In this document: one piece after another, positions 29,758-43,130 of the stretch
How positions within the stretch are numbered: position 1 is the stretch's first letter
Layout of the letters: each line of letters opens with the position of its first letter
Assembly: GCF_009914755.1 (NCBI RefSeq)
Contig: NC_060932.1
Strand: one strand, 5' to 3'
DNA: 64,000 nucleotides
From: the human T2T-CHM13v2.0 reference genome, Homo sapiens
The notes under the pieces: model-generated
Database searches by the model: none
Seen by the model: only the letters and a program-made list of their open reading frames with translations
What the model was told of the DNA's origin: nothing
Made by a program: the position numbers and the translations under genes

Positions 29758-30149
29758 CTAATTTGAATTTTAGGCTTTTTGCATATTTTTGTTTCTTTGA
29801 TCCTCTTAAACCCTAAAATTCTGGCAGTATAGTTTAGTTTATTTATACTTGACCTAATTAATCATGTGATTAAGAAAATGTATAGCTATATAGAAGATAT
29901 GTCCAGAATTACTCTTAACACACACACTGACAAAAAGTTACACACTTATATGCTCTTTATATACTTAATTATATACGATATATACTTATAATTATATACT
30001 TACTTGTACCAAGCATTTCACTTGGAACTGAGTGGACAGTGTTAGGAAGGCTAGATTCTGCTCCCCAGCACTACGCTATTGGTAATTTTTAGCTGAGCTT
30101 CAGAGTGTACAGTGGTGAATAGTTAGAAAAATTTTATAAAGATTTGGCC

Positions 30150-30275
30150 AACTCAGGAGGCTGAGGTGGGAGGACTGCTTGAGCCCAGAAGTTAGAGGCT
30201 GCAGTGGGCTGTGAGCATGCCACTATACGCCAGCCTGGGTGACAGAGTGAGACCCTGTTTTGTTTTTGTTTAAAA
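30150..30275 (+). mobile_element. 5'-truncated AluJ right arm / FRAM
   Basis: 'ggaggctgaggtgggaggactgcttgagcccagaagttagaggctgcagtg'; TSD aaagatttg(g/t)cc at 30138-30149 and 30276-30287. Confidence 0.88.
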
Positions 30276-30899
30276 AAAGATTTGTCCTTCCACAATTATG
30301 GTTCTAAACCAAATTCTAAATCAACTGGTTTTGCCCATTTAAGATTACATATTAGTTCTCCAGGCATCATCTACAAGGTAGAAGGCTTGCTCTGATTTTT
30401 ATTAGCGAAGCTTCCATCCTTACTGCTGACAGCATAGGTTTGATGACAAAGATAAATGAAACTTTCATTAAGGGCAACAGAAAGAACAAGGATGATGTCA
30501 TTCCCTTCTGTTTCTTTGTTGTTGTTGTTAAAATTGAAACACATTTCCAATGAATTTCCATTATAATGCTAAAAGGAGTCTTGAAGGGAGTGTGAGGAGA
30601 AGTGCTTTAAAGCTTTTCCTGGGTGAACAATTAAGAGCAGAAAGCTTTGTCTTGTCTTCTGATTTTTTTTTTCTCCCAGATTTGCTGCTAGATCTTTTGT
30701 GTGTCTATCTCCAAACTTTTTACTGTGCACCTTATATGTGCAAAGTATCATATAGCTAATGTTATGCATATTAGCTGGTCTCTGTCCTCAAAAAGAACAA
30801 AATATTCAAATAGCTATAGTGCCTAGCAAACCATAGTAATTCCAGTAACAATTTTAAAATATTAAAGGTGATAAAGAGAAAAAGAACATATCAGGTTGA

Positions 30900-31290
30900 G
30901 GACTTTTTTTTTTTTTTTAAGTTTCATGGAGAGGAGACATTTGAATGTCAGTAGAGATTTGACAGGGAAGGAATGTGGAGAATATTTTAGGCAAAGGGAA
31001 CAGCTTGAGGGAAGATATAAATGCCCAATATGTGCTTGGGAGTTAGCCAGGGGGACAGTTTGTCACTCAAAAAAGGCAGAAGGAGAGTAGGGTGGAATAC
31101 CAGTAAAAGGCCTGGCTGGCCCAGATCATGGGTGGTCTAGGATGCCAGGCTGAGGAATGTGTACTTACTAGGCAATGGGAAAACACTGGGGGCTGTTTTG
31201 GGTAGAAAAATGATATTGTGGGAGTGGTTCTTTAAGATTTGGTGGTCAGCTCTGTCCTGTAGAGGATGAATTTGAATGTGGAGCACAGTT
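30900..31290 (-). mobile_element. L2 fragment
   Basis: 'ggcaaagggaacagc', 'ccagatcatgggtggtct...gccaggctgaggaatgtgtactt...ggcaatggga'. Confidence 0.6.
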
Positions 31291-31549
31291 CGATAATATT
31301 ATAACCTTAGGCAAGTCTATTAGGGTAACAGTTAGATCTGAGGTCAAACTTTGTAACCAAGTAGTTACATAATTTGGACCAGTTCACTAACATTTTGGCC
31401 TCAGCTCCATGATGTGGATGACCTTAAAGTTCTCTCCAACAATAACATGCTATGATTCAAGGTAATGCAGAGCCTGGACTGATAGAATGGAAATAGTAAT
31501 GAAAGTAGAAAATGAGCATAGGCTTTTGAAGAGGGCGGATTCTATTTGC

Positions 31550-31735
31550 ATTTCCCAGTGGGGCTTCCAGTGACATTTCGGGCTCCCAATTCTTTAATGT
31601 GAAGGACTGTTCCTAGCAACACAGGTATGTTAGCATCTCTGGTCCATATCCACTAAATTTGAATAGCATATTCCGGCCATCATGACAATCCAAAAGTCTC
31701 ACACGTTTCCAATTTTTCCCTAGAGGATGGTGAAT
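31550..31735. mobile_element. hAT-Charlie MITE (MER20B-like)
   Basis: 'gacatttcgggc...aattcttt...ggactgttcc...tagcatctctgg...ccactaaat...tgacaatccaaaa...cacgtttccaa'. Confidence 0.55.
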
Positions 31736-32179
31736 ACTAGACCTTGCCCCATCCACCATCACAAACACAATCACTGTGACTCTATTTTAACTGACGTTTG
31801 GATATGGTAGAGAACTGAAAGACTGTTGGTCCATTAATAGCCATGGAGAACTCATGAGAAAGAGCTTTTTTGTTGGAAAAGATTACGTTTTATTTGGGAA
31901 ATACTGAATTTGAGATATCAGTGGGATAGCAAGATATCTCATTTATATGTAGTAGTAAGGAGATAAGAGAGAAAACAAACAGCAACAGAAGTTCAATAAT
32001 TCATCATTTCAACCTTGAGAAACAGAAGTTGTTTCTTGTTCAGATATTCAGATATTTTATTAAAGAAAAAAGGATGCTTTGACCTTGCTGGAATCTGTCT
32101 GCCTGACCCATTTTAATTGAAACTTACCTCAGAATTTTGTTTTGAACTTCCAAGGAAGCAAAAGAAAATGAAAATGATC

Positions 32180-32360
32180 TAATTTTGGGTACCTACATGA
32201 ATCAGATGTTTGCCAGACATTTTACATATATATTTCACATGGTCACTGTGTCTCATGGAGGTTGAGTATCTTGTTCAGGATAACACAGTTAAGTAGCAGA
32301 GAAAGAAGATGAAAACTCAGTTCCAACCAGCTCCAAAACTTGGATTCTTTTCCTGTTACA
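32180..32360 (-). mobile_element. MIR fragment
   Basis: 'gaggttgagtatcttgttcaggataacacagttaagtagcagag...ctccaaaact'. Confidence 0.5.
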
Positions 32361-34765
32361 ATGTGACAATTAACTAACTTCAATTTCAACAATCCATGCT
32401 GACATGCAAATTGGCATTATATATTCATGTGTTACTTCAAGTCCTTCTGCTGCAACAGTGCTTAAGGCACAGTGACTGTGGTGGGAATTCCAGACCCCAC
32501 ACTAGGCAGGTTGAGTTGCAAACCATTCTGTTTGAATGATGATGAATGAATTCCATCAGGGAATACTTAATGCAGTTTGACCAAGGGAGGTATTATTTAA
32601 AGTTGTTTATTTCATTTACAACTCCTTCACAATAATGGAAATAGGTACCTTCTAAATGTGCTAATGGATATCTCAGATCCAGAAACGTTTCTCGAGGTTA
32701 TGGGGAGCTTTTTTCCCTAAGTTTACTCTTAAGCACAACACACACTTGCATGTCCCTTTATATTGCTGGGTACAGCTTTATTCTATCTGCTTTCTCCTTG
32801 ACTACCCATGTTGTTAATATGGTTCCTGCATCCACACGTGATGCTTTGGAGGTGGCAAGGGCTCCTTGACTTTTGCAATTATTGCCTTATGGCCTTAATT
32901 ATATCTGTCAAATGTTTTGAGATCACCTCTGTTCACCAGCAAGGTCAAAACACCTCCTATTATTTAATAAAACATCTGAATATTGCTGTTTGGTACTGAA
33001 TTCTTTCTCTTTGGCTTCCTCTCTTAGTTCCCCACCCCCTTTTCTTTAATCATGGCATCAGGCAAACCATACAAGGCGAGGTTTTGAAACTCTTGGTTCT
33101 AACGTTGTCTCTGGTGCTGTCCTGGAGGAGTGAGTGAACTTGCTTTCTTTATCTGTATAATTAGACATCCTTATTTATTGTTTTTTCCTTTTAATGTAGT
33201 CCTGTTACCAACTATAAGATGTCCTGTCAAGCCACAGGCTATAATCTCTGTATTGTATTTCACTATGGACAAGGAGGAACACCTGATAAAAATAAACTAA
33301 TATGAATGACTTAAATCACCCCATATACTTCCACTGATGGTTAAAATTAAAATTTACTTTCAATGTTTATCTAATCATGCTTCAGTGCATATTTAATATA
33401 AACAACAAATTATATATTTCAGTGGGTTTATGAACACATAGGGGTTGCAAGTCAGCCAGATTGAGTTCACTGGGTCCATAATTTCACTTCTGTTTTGTAT
33501 AATGGTTTACTGAGAAAGGGTAAATTAAAAATTTCTCTCCTATTGGGCAAGCTCCAGGAAGAAACATCTGTTTTCACGGTGTGGGGGGCCTCAGGTGTCT
33601 TGTATAGTACCTATTATATAATGCAGTAAATCATTCAGTGAACACTTGTTTCTTAAAGAATATGATTTGGACCTAAGAGCATCGATGTGGTCCAGTTTAG
33701 GGGGTAGAAGAAAAATAACTGCTTTTGTCACATGGAGTAGTCCAAATGAAGATAATGAACATAAAAGAAGGAAAATCAAAATATAAGTGCTTTGAGAAGT
33801 TATAATACAATATATAACTATATCTTACTTGTTAACTAGAGTAGGTGCAGTCAAGCCCTAGGAAATTCAGTAAGGATATGGCTGACCATTTCCAAACAGC
33901 CCTACTTTCCTAAAAGTGAGCAGAATTCTAAATGAGATCAAAAGCAGTGATATTTCTATCCTTAGGGAGACATAGCCGAAAATGACTTTTAACTGAAAGA
34001 AGCTCAACATAGCTGCTCTTGCTAATTCTATCAGGTAAAAGTTTTTTAAGCTTGCATATACTAGCAACATACTTTATATTTGTATACTTCTAATCATTTC
34101 CATTTTTACTTATATCAAACATGATGCATGTTAATGTCTCGTTGCAAGTTAGTTGTAACTTCTCATGGACTGTTAATGCAAAATTAATCTAATTAAAATA
34201 TATCTCTAATGAGTATAGCAGTGTTTTTTCAATAATTAATTTCTGATGGTCTTTATGTATGACCCAGGAAAAAAATCAATATTCTGTTTCAGATATGCAT
34301 TTTTCTAAGAAAAATGTAGCCTAGCAAATAATTTTAAATATGTAAGATAAGAAGTTTATTCTGGATGTTGACCCCTTAGAGTTGTGATATTAAGACAGCA
34401 GTAAATTCTCAACAAAGAGATGTCATATTATTAATGTCACTGATAAATTATTTTCTGTGCATCTATGCCCAATATGCATCCCAAATATTAGCCCCTGGTT
34501 GTCAACAAGGCATTCAATATGTTGAGTTGCCTTGTCCTTTACAACTTAAAGGTAAATTTTTCTCAATATCCCTGTCCTAATATCTCTAGGGATTCAGTGT
34601 GTGGGGGTTGGTCAGTCTGCCATTTTGCCTAGACACTGATGTTCTGCATGTCTCCTAAATCTTGAATTTTCTTCATGTCTCACAGCTTTCAGCTATTCTG
34701 GTCTCTCCCCTGTGTAACCCAGTTATAAAACAAAATCCCTTTCCTTGATTACTTTAACATACCAA

Positions 34766-34801
34766 AGAGAGAGAGAAAGAGAGAGAGAGAAAGAAAGAGA
34801 G
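34766..34801. repeat. (GA)n/(GAAA)n microsatellite
   Basis: agagagagagaaagagagagagagaaagaaagagag. Confidence 0.9.
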
Positions 34802-35429
34802 TCATGAATTTGTATTTTAAGGAAACTTGAAGAGTTTCATCTAAATGTTACATTTCAAGAATTCTCTTAGTGAATATTAGACATTCCCCCTGCCATGCTC
34901 CTCAGTGGGAATGTCCCACTAGCCAACTCTTCTTCTGCATTCTCCACAGCTGCACTTTGTGGAGCATCCCCAGATCCATCCCTAGAGTCCAGCTTCTCTC
35001 CATTTCTGGGCTCCTTCCCTTCTTCCTCTTGGCTTCCTCCAGAAATGAAAAAATACATATTATGCAGAGCAACACAGCTCTTTTTGTAAACTCTTACCGC
35101 ATCCTAGCAATGTTCTGAGGGATATCACAGCAGAACCAATATAAATCCATATGTTATTTTGAGAAACAAAATAAAATTATCTTTTCTAAGATCATTCTGA
35201 TGCCATATCTGAACGAACAGGCTTTTCTCCCCAGACTAGATGTGTATTTCCCAAGGTTATACAAACATATACATGAAATATACACACATATATATTTCAC
35301 TTTTATTCCACCCTCTAGCATTTCACTCTTGTATGGTTAATTCCTGCTAAAAATGTAAATGTTCAGATTTCCCTAAGCTTTATTTAAATTACTAAGTTGA
35401 TGATACTAACACTTCCTTCTACTATCAGT

Positions 35430-36720
35430 CTATTTTTCCCTTGCATTTAATGATTGAGCATTCTGCTGCCACTTCTCTTTACCGTCTTGTCCTTCCTTAA
35501 TCCTCTCAACTTGGCTTCCATTGCTACCACTCTGCTGAAGGGATTCACCAATGTTCTACTTCTAAGCAAATCTTTTCTCCTTTTCTTCATGGAAACACTT
35601 TTCTTCTTGAAGCTCTCCTCCACTGGAGTTTCTTCAGCATTTGGCACTGGTAGTTACCCCCTACTTGATTTCAAGTTCTTGTTTTTCATCATTCCACATA
35701 TTTTTCCCACTTCCTGAAATTTCATTCTATAAAATGTTTTGTACTTTTATTCTTACTCCTAAAGAAATCGTCAGTTTGTTATGCTCCAACTACTACCACT
35801 AGTCAAACAATTCCTAAATCTACACTCCAGCCTTGATTGCTTAACATCTTTTCAATCTTATATTTCAACCCCCTATTGATGCTACTTAACATGTGAAGCA
35901 ATGAAATCATTATTTTCTTGTACAAATGTTTATCGTATATTGTACTTATTTCTTTTTTGCCCCTATTCTTGCCTGATAAATTTATTTTGATACCTTTATT
36001 TTTTCAAATTCATCAAGTCTTATAGGCTAGTTCTTTAACTACCTACCACATCACTTAAGTTGAATCTTTCTTCGTCTCCATTTCTACAGCAACCACTCTA
36101 GATCACACCAAATTATTACACATTTTAGTTTCTATATGCTCTCATTCGTAGCATAATTTCTCATACTAATCAGCATTCAGAAACTGCTAATTAAATTTTT
36201 CTTTATATACACTTACCTCTCCTCCAATACAATCAACATATATTCTCCAGTGTATGTTTTCTCAGATGCAAGTTAAACCAAATCAGCTCATATGATTGTA
36301 TTAAATTTACATTGCCATTTTAGTGTAGTCTCAACACTTAAGTTCCTTTGTGGATGGCTCTTCCCCTTCAGTAGAACTGGCCTCAACAATTCTTACATAT
36401 GCTGCTACCTACTACCTCCAGTCATGGTACATTCCCTGGAATGATGGTTCCTTCTGTGTCCCTCACTCAGGATGACTGTTTTACCAAAGCTATTCTCAAC
36501 ATTTACTCATTCTAAACATCCTAGTCTGAACATGTATAATCCAAGATCACCACGTTTTAGGTTTATCTTTTCTCTGAGCATGATTATAACATTCCAAATA
36601 TTCTCTCTATGAAGAAGAACCCTTCTAAATTGCAAACTCCATGGGCAAGTAGTGTGTTTTCTCCACACATTTTAAACCTTATGATATTAAGTGTAGTGAT
36701 GTGCACCCAACAAATGTTAA
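35430..36720 (+). mobile_element. L2 fragments (long, degenerate)
   Basis: 'ggcttccattgctaccactctgctgaa...caccaatg', 'aatctacactccagcc', 3'-end-like 'tgcaaactccatgggcaag'. Confidence 0.55.
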
Positions 36721-38397
36721 TTGGTAGAGGAGCTATAGAATTAGGCAACAATAAATTCCATATAATGAGTCATTAAGAAAATCCCACAGTCTTTCCCCCT
36801 ATAATCTGCTTCCCCACCCCCACATACTCCCTTTAATAAAAAAAGCTCAATTATTAATGTAAAATAAATGAACAGAGCTAGGAAAGAAGAAATACTAAAA
36901 ATCTGTCTTCATTCTGAAGCCCGCCCAAGCTGAGCAATGGAGAGGTGACACTCTGCCTCAGCCAGCATATCTTCAATTTCTCCCCACTCCAGCTCCCATT
37001 ATCTCTCCACTGCCACAGCTGCATACTGCTATTGTCAGTGGTAAAGATGAGACATCTCTAATTAGAGGGCAGGGTAAATTGCTTTTATCTACTTTTAACA
37101 TGCTTTTACATGGCACCTGGTACACAAGCATCAGCTAGGCAGCCATAATTTGAAAAGCAAATGAATGCTCAGAGAAATACGATACATTTTTAAAAGAAAA
37201 TTAAATATATAGAGTAGCAAAATCAACATGCTGGAGACTGCAGAGTTTAACGCTGTCAGAGTCTTGTGCACTTATGTATTATAGGAAATTAAAATAAGCA
37301 GAGTCCACGTACCCTGTAGAGTCTGGTGGTCCTGTCTTTCTTTCTTTGTTGGGAACAAATGGTGAGATTTAATGTCTAGAAAAATTATCAGCGCAAGAAA
37401 CAGACTGGCGGTAACCCCTTGACCATCTCCATCTAGAAGAGTAGATTTTTAGGTGAAAGAAAAAAAATTAGTAGAATTCTTTCTCTGACTTACATATATC
37501 TAACCATCTTTATAATGAATAAATCTATTATGTATGAGTTTTTGTTTCTGGTTTTGGATTTAATTTTTATTTCTTTAGTAGTCCAAAGCATTTTCAAAAA
37601 TGAAGCAATTTATTAAGTGCTTGAAAAATAAAACAAAGAGAAATCAACCACAGTTAGATCCATATTGTGTTGGACAGCATTATCATTCAATAAAAATATC
37701 TGACATTTACTGTGGCTTGGAATACAGATTCCACAGTTAGGAGAGCCACGGGCTCATACGCAAACTCCACAGGCTCCTCTCCCTCTGATCATTATCAGCA
37801 AAAATGTATTAATTGTCTTCCTACAACAGTGTCTGTCACAGGAGGACACATGGCCTTCACTCTGTGCCATGATCACAGCTCTTCCTCATGCATAGGTTCT
37901 CTTACTTCTGTAGGAACTATGGTATTATTGCTCTCCAAACTTTGTTTACTTACTTTCCTGGAGATTGCCCGCCTACTGGCTGTAACTTTCCGGCTGTAAG
38001 AACTGGAAGCTCTAAATAATAACAGGGCTATACTGTTTATTTATTGCTGCTTTGGAACAGAAAGCCAACTGAAGTTCTTTAGTGTAGTGGGTAAGAAGGA
38101 CTTTCAGCTAAGAAAAGCTGGCACTGTAAACACAGTGGTTCTGGCAGGGGAAGTGCCTGATTAGGGATCTCTAGTTTCCTCAATTCCCATATGCAGGCAT
38201 CTATATGCATTTAGAGCTTGTGAATTTTTTCTATTTTCGATATACCATGAATGAGAGGGTATAATTTAAAGGGCTAAAGCAAGAGGCATGTTTTAGAAGT
38301 ATCTCTAATTTAAATATTTGAGCCATATGCAAGATTAGAACATGTGCTTCACTGCATTAAACACTACTTAGAATGTACTGATTCCTATTTTAGTCTT

Positions 38398-38786
38398 TGT
38401 AGTAGTCATTAGCATGGTTGGTGAAATAGTTCTCTGCCTTCCTTGTACATGATAGGGTTGTACATTCTGGCCCTCTTCTGCTTAGGTGTGTCCATGTGAC
38501 TATTTCTGATGAATGATTCATAAGTAGAAATGATGTTCAATGGCTAATGGGAAAACTTCCAGATCCCTCTACCCACCCTACCCTCTAGCCAACCAATAAT
38601 GTTCAAAACTGGGGGTGATCCATCAGCTTAGATCCTGAAGTGAAATCAAGGAAGAACCTAGAACCCAGTGAAGAACCCAGAACTCACATATGTTGGTCAT
38701 GTAGCAGGAGCAAGAAATAAAGTTCGTTTTGAGGTTTTTGTGCTTTTTGTTATTGCAGCATACTCTAGCACATCTTGATTACTACA
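38398..38786 (+). mobile_element. MaLR solo LTR (MLT1I-like)
   Basis: Starts 'tgtagtagtcattagc'; 'ccatgtgactatttctg', 'catgtagcaggagcaagaaataaa', ends 'ttgttattgcagcata...tgattactaca'. Confidence 0.75.
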
Positions 38787-40118
38787 CCACTGTTAATCAT
38801 TTCAGTCTTAGCATAGATGTCCAAATTTCTCTTTTTAGCTACCACACTTTGATCACAGTACTTAACCATTCAAATTGCACTTACATTGTCTCTCCCATTT
38901 ATTAGTTTACAATTATCTTGAGAATACAGATGTCTCACTTATCTTTACATTTTCAATTTTTAGTACATTGTCCCTATATCATAGACACTCAATACTGTTT
39001 AATTGAATGGACTTTAATTTGTGCAATGTCAACATTTCAGCTCTGTGCTCAAATGGCAGGTGAGCTACAGTGACAATTAATCTTAAGCAACATTATTTGG
39101 ATATGTGCCTCTCTTAAAGTTAAACAAGGGAAAAATAATAAAGTTAGTCTGATGTGGTAGAGAAATATATTAAATTTAGGAGGTTTGAGTTAGACTTCTG
39201 ATTCTGGCTGTATGATATTTAATAATTTATTTTGGCAAATATTTATTAGTTGTCCACTTACCATATGCCAGTGTTCCCGGCCCTGATAATAGTAAGAGTT
39301 CTCGTGGAATTAACAGGGTCATGGCAAGTCACATAATGAGTTAATTTTTATCCTCTTTAATAAATTAAAGACAATAACATATACTTATGTTTGTTGTGTT
39401 GTTTGAAGGAAATAATATATGTATATGACTTTTGTAAATTTCAAAGCATTTCAAAAATGTGAACCTAAGGTACTTTTATTTTAAAATTTTTGAATAATAC
39501 ATTTTGCCAGTAATTATCTGCATGGATGCTTAATAGTTCAGTATTCTAGATATTATAATAGATGACTCATTTCTTATGACAAGTTGAGATCCATAAAGAA
39601 AACAACTTTCAAACTATTCAGCAATCATTATGAAATTTTATATCAGTGTTTTAGCTTGGAGGAGGGTGTGTGTGCTAAAAAAAAAACAACAGCAATAAAT
39701 CCACTTTTCATTTGGCAGAATGCAAGTTCTAATTTCTAATTTCAGTAAAGACAACTGTTTCCTAGAAAATAACACTGATTTACTTGTACATCTAATACAG
39801 AGCAATAATTGGGAGTGGCTAATATATAGGAAGAACAAAGACAATGATTGTGCCTACCAGGTGATAGAAACAGGATATTGCAACCCTTGTTCATAAAATG
39901 ATTTATCCAAATGTTTTTGATCCATTCAAAGAAGAAATACTCTACGATTTTTTAATATATAGAAAAAGTATATAGGATATATATATATTTAAAAATAAAC
40001 ATGTGCTAAATGAGCCAGAGTTATGTGTGTGTATACCTACCCAAAAACTACCTGAAATTTTATGCACAGCAGATTTAAACCCTAAATGATGATCGCTTTC
40101 ATAATATCTCAGTTGTAG

Positions 40119-41820
40119 TGTTGAAAAAAATCAGAGATGACACAAACAAATGGAAAAACATTCCATGCTCATTGACAGAAAAAAATCAATATGTTAAAAT
40201 GGCCACACTACCCAAAGCAATTTACAGATTCAATGCTTTTCCTATCAAACTGCTAATGACATTTTTCACTGAATTAGAAAACAACTATTCTAAAATTCAT
40301 ATGAAACCACTAAAAGGGCTCAAATCACCAAAGCAATTCTAAGCAAAAAGAACAAAGCTGGAGTCATCACACTATCTGGCTTCAGATTATACTACAAGGC
40401 TACAGTAACCAAAATGGCATGGTACTGGTACAAAAACAAACACATAGACCAATGGACTAGGTTAGAGAACCCAGGAAAAAAGCTTCATATTTACAACCAT
40501 CTGATCTTTGACAAAGTTGACAATAGCAAGGAATGGAAAAAGGACTCTCTATTTAATAAAATAGTTTTGGAATTACTGGTTAGCCATATGCAGAAGATTG
40601 AACATGGACCTCTTCCTTTCACCATGTACAAAAGCCAACTCAAAATGATTTAAAGACTTAAATGTATGACCTAAAACTATTAAAATCCTAGAAGAAAACC
40701 TAAGAAATACCATTCTAGACATAGGCCTTGGCAAATATTTCATGATGAAATATCCAAAAGCAACTGCAACAAAAACAAAATAGACAAATGGCACCTAATT
40801 AAATTAAAGAGCTTCTGCACAGTAAAATAAACATCATCAACAGAATAAACAGACAACCTACAGAATGGGAGAAAATATTCACAAACTATGCATCTGACAA
40901 AGGTCTAGTATTCAGAATCTATAAGGAATTTAGACAAATCAACAAGCAAAAAACCACCCCATTTAAAAATGGACAAAGGACATGAACAGACACTTCTCAA
41001 AAAAAGACACACACGTGGCCAACAAACAAGAAAAATGCTCAACACCACTAACTCATTAGAGAAATGTAAATCAAAACCACTGTGAGATACCATCTTATAC
41101 CAGTTTGAATGGCTATTATAAACAAATCAAAATATAACTGATGTTGGCAAGGTTGTGAAGAAAAGAGAATGCTTATACACTTCTAGTGGGAAGGTAAATT
41201 TGTTCAGCCACTGTCGAAATCAGCTTGAAGGCTTTTCAAAGAACTTAAAAAACAGGACTACCATTTGACCCAGCTATCCCATTACTGGATATATACCCAA
41301 AGGAATATAAATCATTCTACCATAAAGATACATGGGCATGCATGCATATGTTCATTGTAGCACTGTTCACAATAGCAAAATCATGAACTCAACCTAGATG
41401 TCCATCAATTGTGAACTGGATAAAGAAAATGTGATACATATATACCATGGAATACAATGTAGCCATTAAAAAATTAAATTATGTCCTTTGCAGCAACATT
41501 GATGCAGCTGGAGGTCATTATCGTAAGCCAACCACCTGAGGATCAGAAAACCAAATATTGCATGTTCTTACTTAAAAATGGGAGCTAAACATTAAATACA
41601 CATGGACGCAAAAAGGGAAAGAGCAAATACAGGGACCTACTTGAGGAGGGAGGCTAGGAGGAGAGTGAAGGTCAAAAAACTACCTATTGGGTAACATGCT
41701 CACTAATTAAGTAACAGAATCATTTGTACACCAAACTCCAGTGACACGCAATTTAACCATGTAACAAACTTGCCCATGTACCCCCGAACATAAAATAACA
41801 GTTGAAATAAAAAATAATAA
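40119..41820 (+). mobile_element. 5'-truncated L1 (L1PA15/16-PREC2-like): ORF2 3' part and 3' UTR
   Basis: 'atcagagatgacacaaacaaatggaaaaacattccatgctc', 3' UTR 'aaaactacctattggg...gtgacacgcaatttaaccatgtaacaaac'; decayed TSD ataatatctcagttgtag / ataatttcttagtggcag. Confidence 0.92.
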
Positions 41821-41949
41821 TAATTTCTTAGTGGCAGAAATGGGACTATCTCACAAACTAGAGTAAAATTTGTACACTTTTTGATATACAAGATACATCA
41901 ATTTATTTATTGTTTAAAAAAATGTCATCAATAATTATCTTCCACTTGC

Positions 41950-42085
41950 ATTCATTTATTTATTCATTCATTTATTCTTTTAAAGAAATATTGATTTGAG
42001 CACCCATTCTGTTCTAGAGGCTGTGCTGGTCCCTGTAAATATGAAGGTGAATTTCATTTAGTTTCTGCCTTCAAAGAGTTCACGA
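41950..42085 (-). mobile_element. L2 3' end
   Basis: 'attcattcatt...ttgagcacccattctg...ctgtgctgg...ctgccttcaaagagttcac'. Confidence 0.65.
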
Positions 42086-42118
42086 TGTCTTCCAAATGCT
42101 TGCAAATACAAAGAAATG

Positions 42119-42200
42119 TATTAGGATGAACCACATGAAATTGCCTGATAAAATCCAAAAAACTGTAAGATGAAGGCATTGCTCTAAACAAGCCTAAAAT
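42119..42200. mobile_element. MADE2-like mariner MITE (degenerate)
   Basis: Left TIR 'tattaggatgaaccacatgaaattgcc' resembles the MADE2 terminus; ~80 bp; right end decayed. Confidence 0.5.
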
Positions 42201-42649
42201 CTATTTGGATACAAATGAAACAAGTAGGTAAGTATGTCTTCTCTATACTTTTTAAACCTTATTACAAGTAATATATTGACTACAACCGAATAAACCAGAA
42301 ATATTTTCTGAGCTTATCTTATACATAGACCTAAAGAGCAAGATCAACCTGTGAATGAGTATAAAATGTCCTCTGAAAGGAATAGATGTCTCATCCATGT
42401 AAATTCAAATGAAAATTTTGGAAAAAATGGCCTTATATTGGGATTTTAAAACATCTTTGCTTTCTCTGGGAGAGGGAGTCAGCAGTAAAGCTTAGCTTAA
42501 ACTTTATATAAAGAATAAACTGCTATTGTTCTGGTGGTGACACCAACATCATGAAGTGACTGCCCTTGGGCATGTGGAGGTTTGTCTGGGTCTAGCAAGG
42601 GAGCTAGGCAGGGCAGAGACCATTACAAGATTCCAGGGCAAGTGTGGGA

Positions 42650-43130
42650 CAATTGTGGTTGTCTTCCATTTTATTCTCTCTTGATGTGTAGCAACCTTAT
42701 GGATGAAATAGATCTAATACCTGCTTAGCTCTCAGAGAGAGTCTTAATTGGCCTAAACTCTAAGAGTGGTCTTCTTTTGCCAAAATTATTGGTTCAGAAA
42801 TGGGCTTGTGAGCTAGGCCTAAACCAATCAGTCATACTATTTTTCTAGTTGTATGGTCTGGTTCAGGGGAGGGCATTTCATTCAAATTGCTCTAATTATA
42901 GAGAAGCACAGGATTTCTGTTTGGCAGAGAAAGAGAAGATATCTATCTATCCTTGGATGTGAACCAGGAAGTGCATGTCTCTGGAATCTGCTGGCAGACA
43001 TCTTGTGATGAGAGGAGCCATTTTGAGAGTATGGAGAACATATAGAGAAGATTAGAGGCAAGAGAATGACAAAAAAATAGAACCAAAGACCAAAGACACT
43101 GTGAGCTCTGTATTTTCTTCCACGAAGCTC
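42650..43130 (+). mobile_element. MaLR solo LTR (MLT1K-like)
   Basis: 'attggttcagaaatgggc...cctaaaccaatcag', 'tggttcaggggagggcat', 'ctgctggcagacatcttgtga'. Confidence 0.6.

Noticed and set aside
37712-37999. 95-aa ORF with internal acceptor-like sites
   Set aside because: GTG start, no recognisable domain, weak donors
40118-41093. ORFs in the older L1
   Set aside because: Decayed ORF2 pieces and antisense frames
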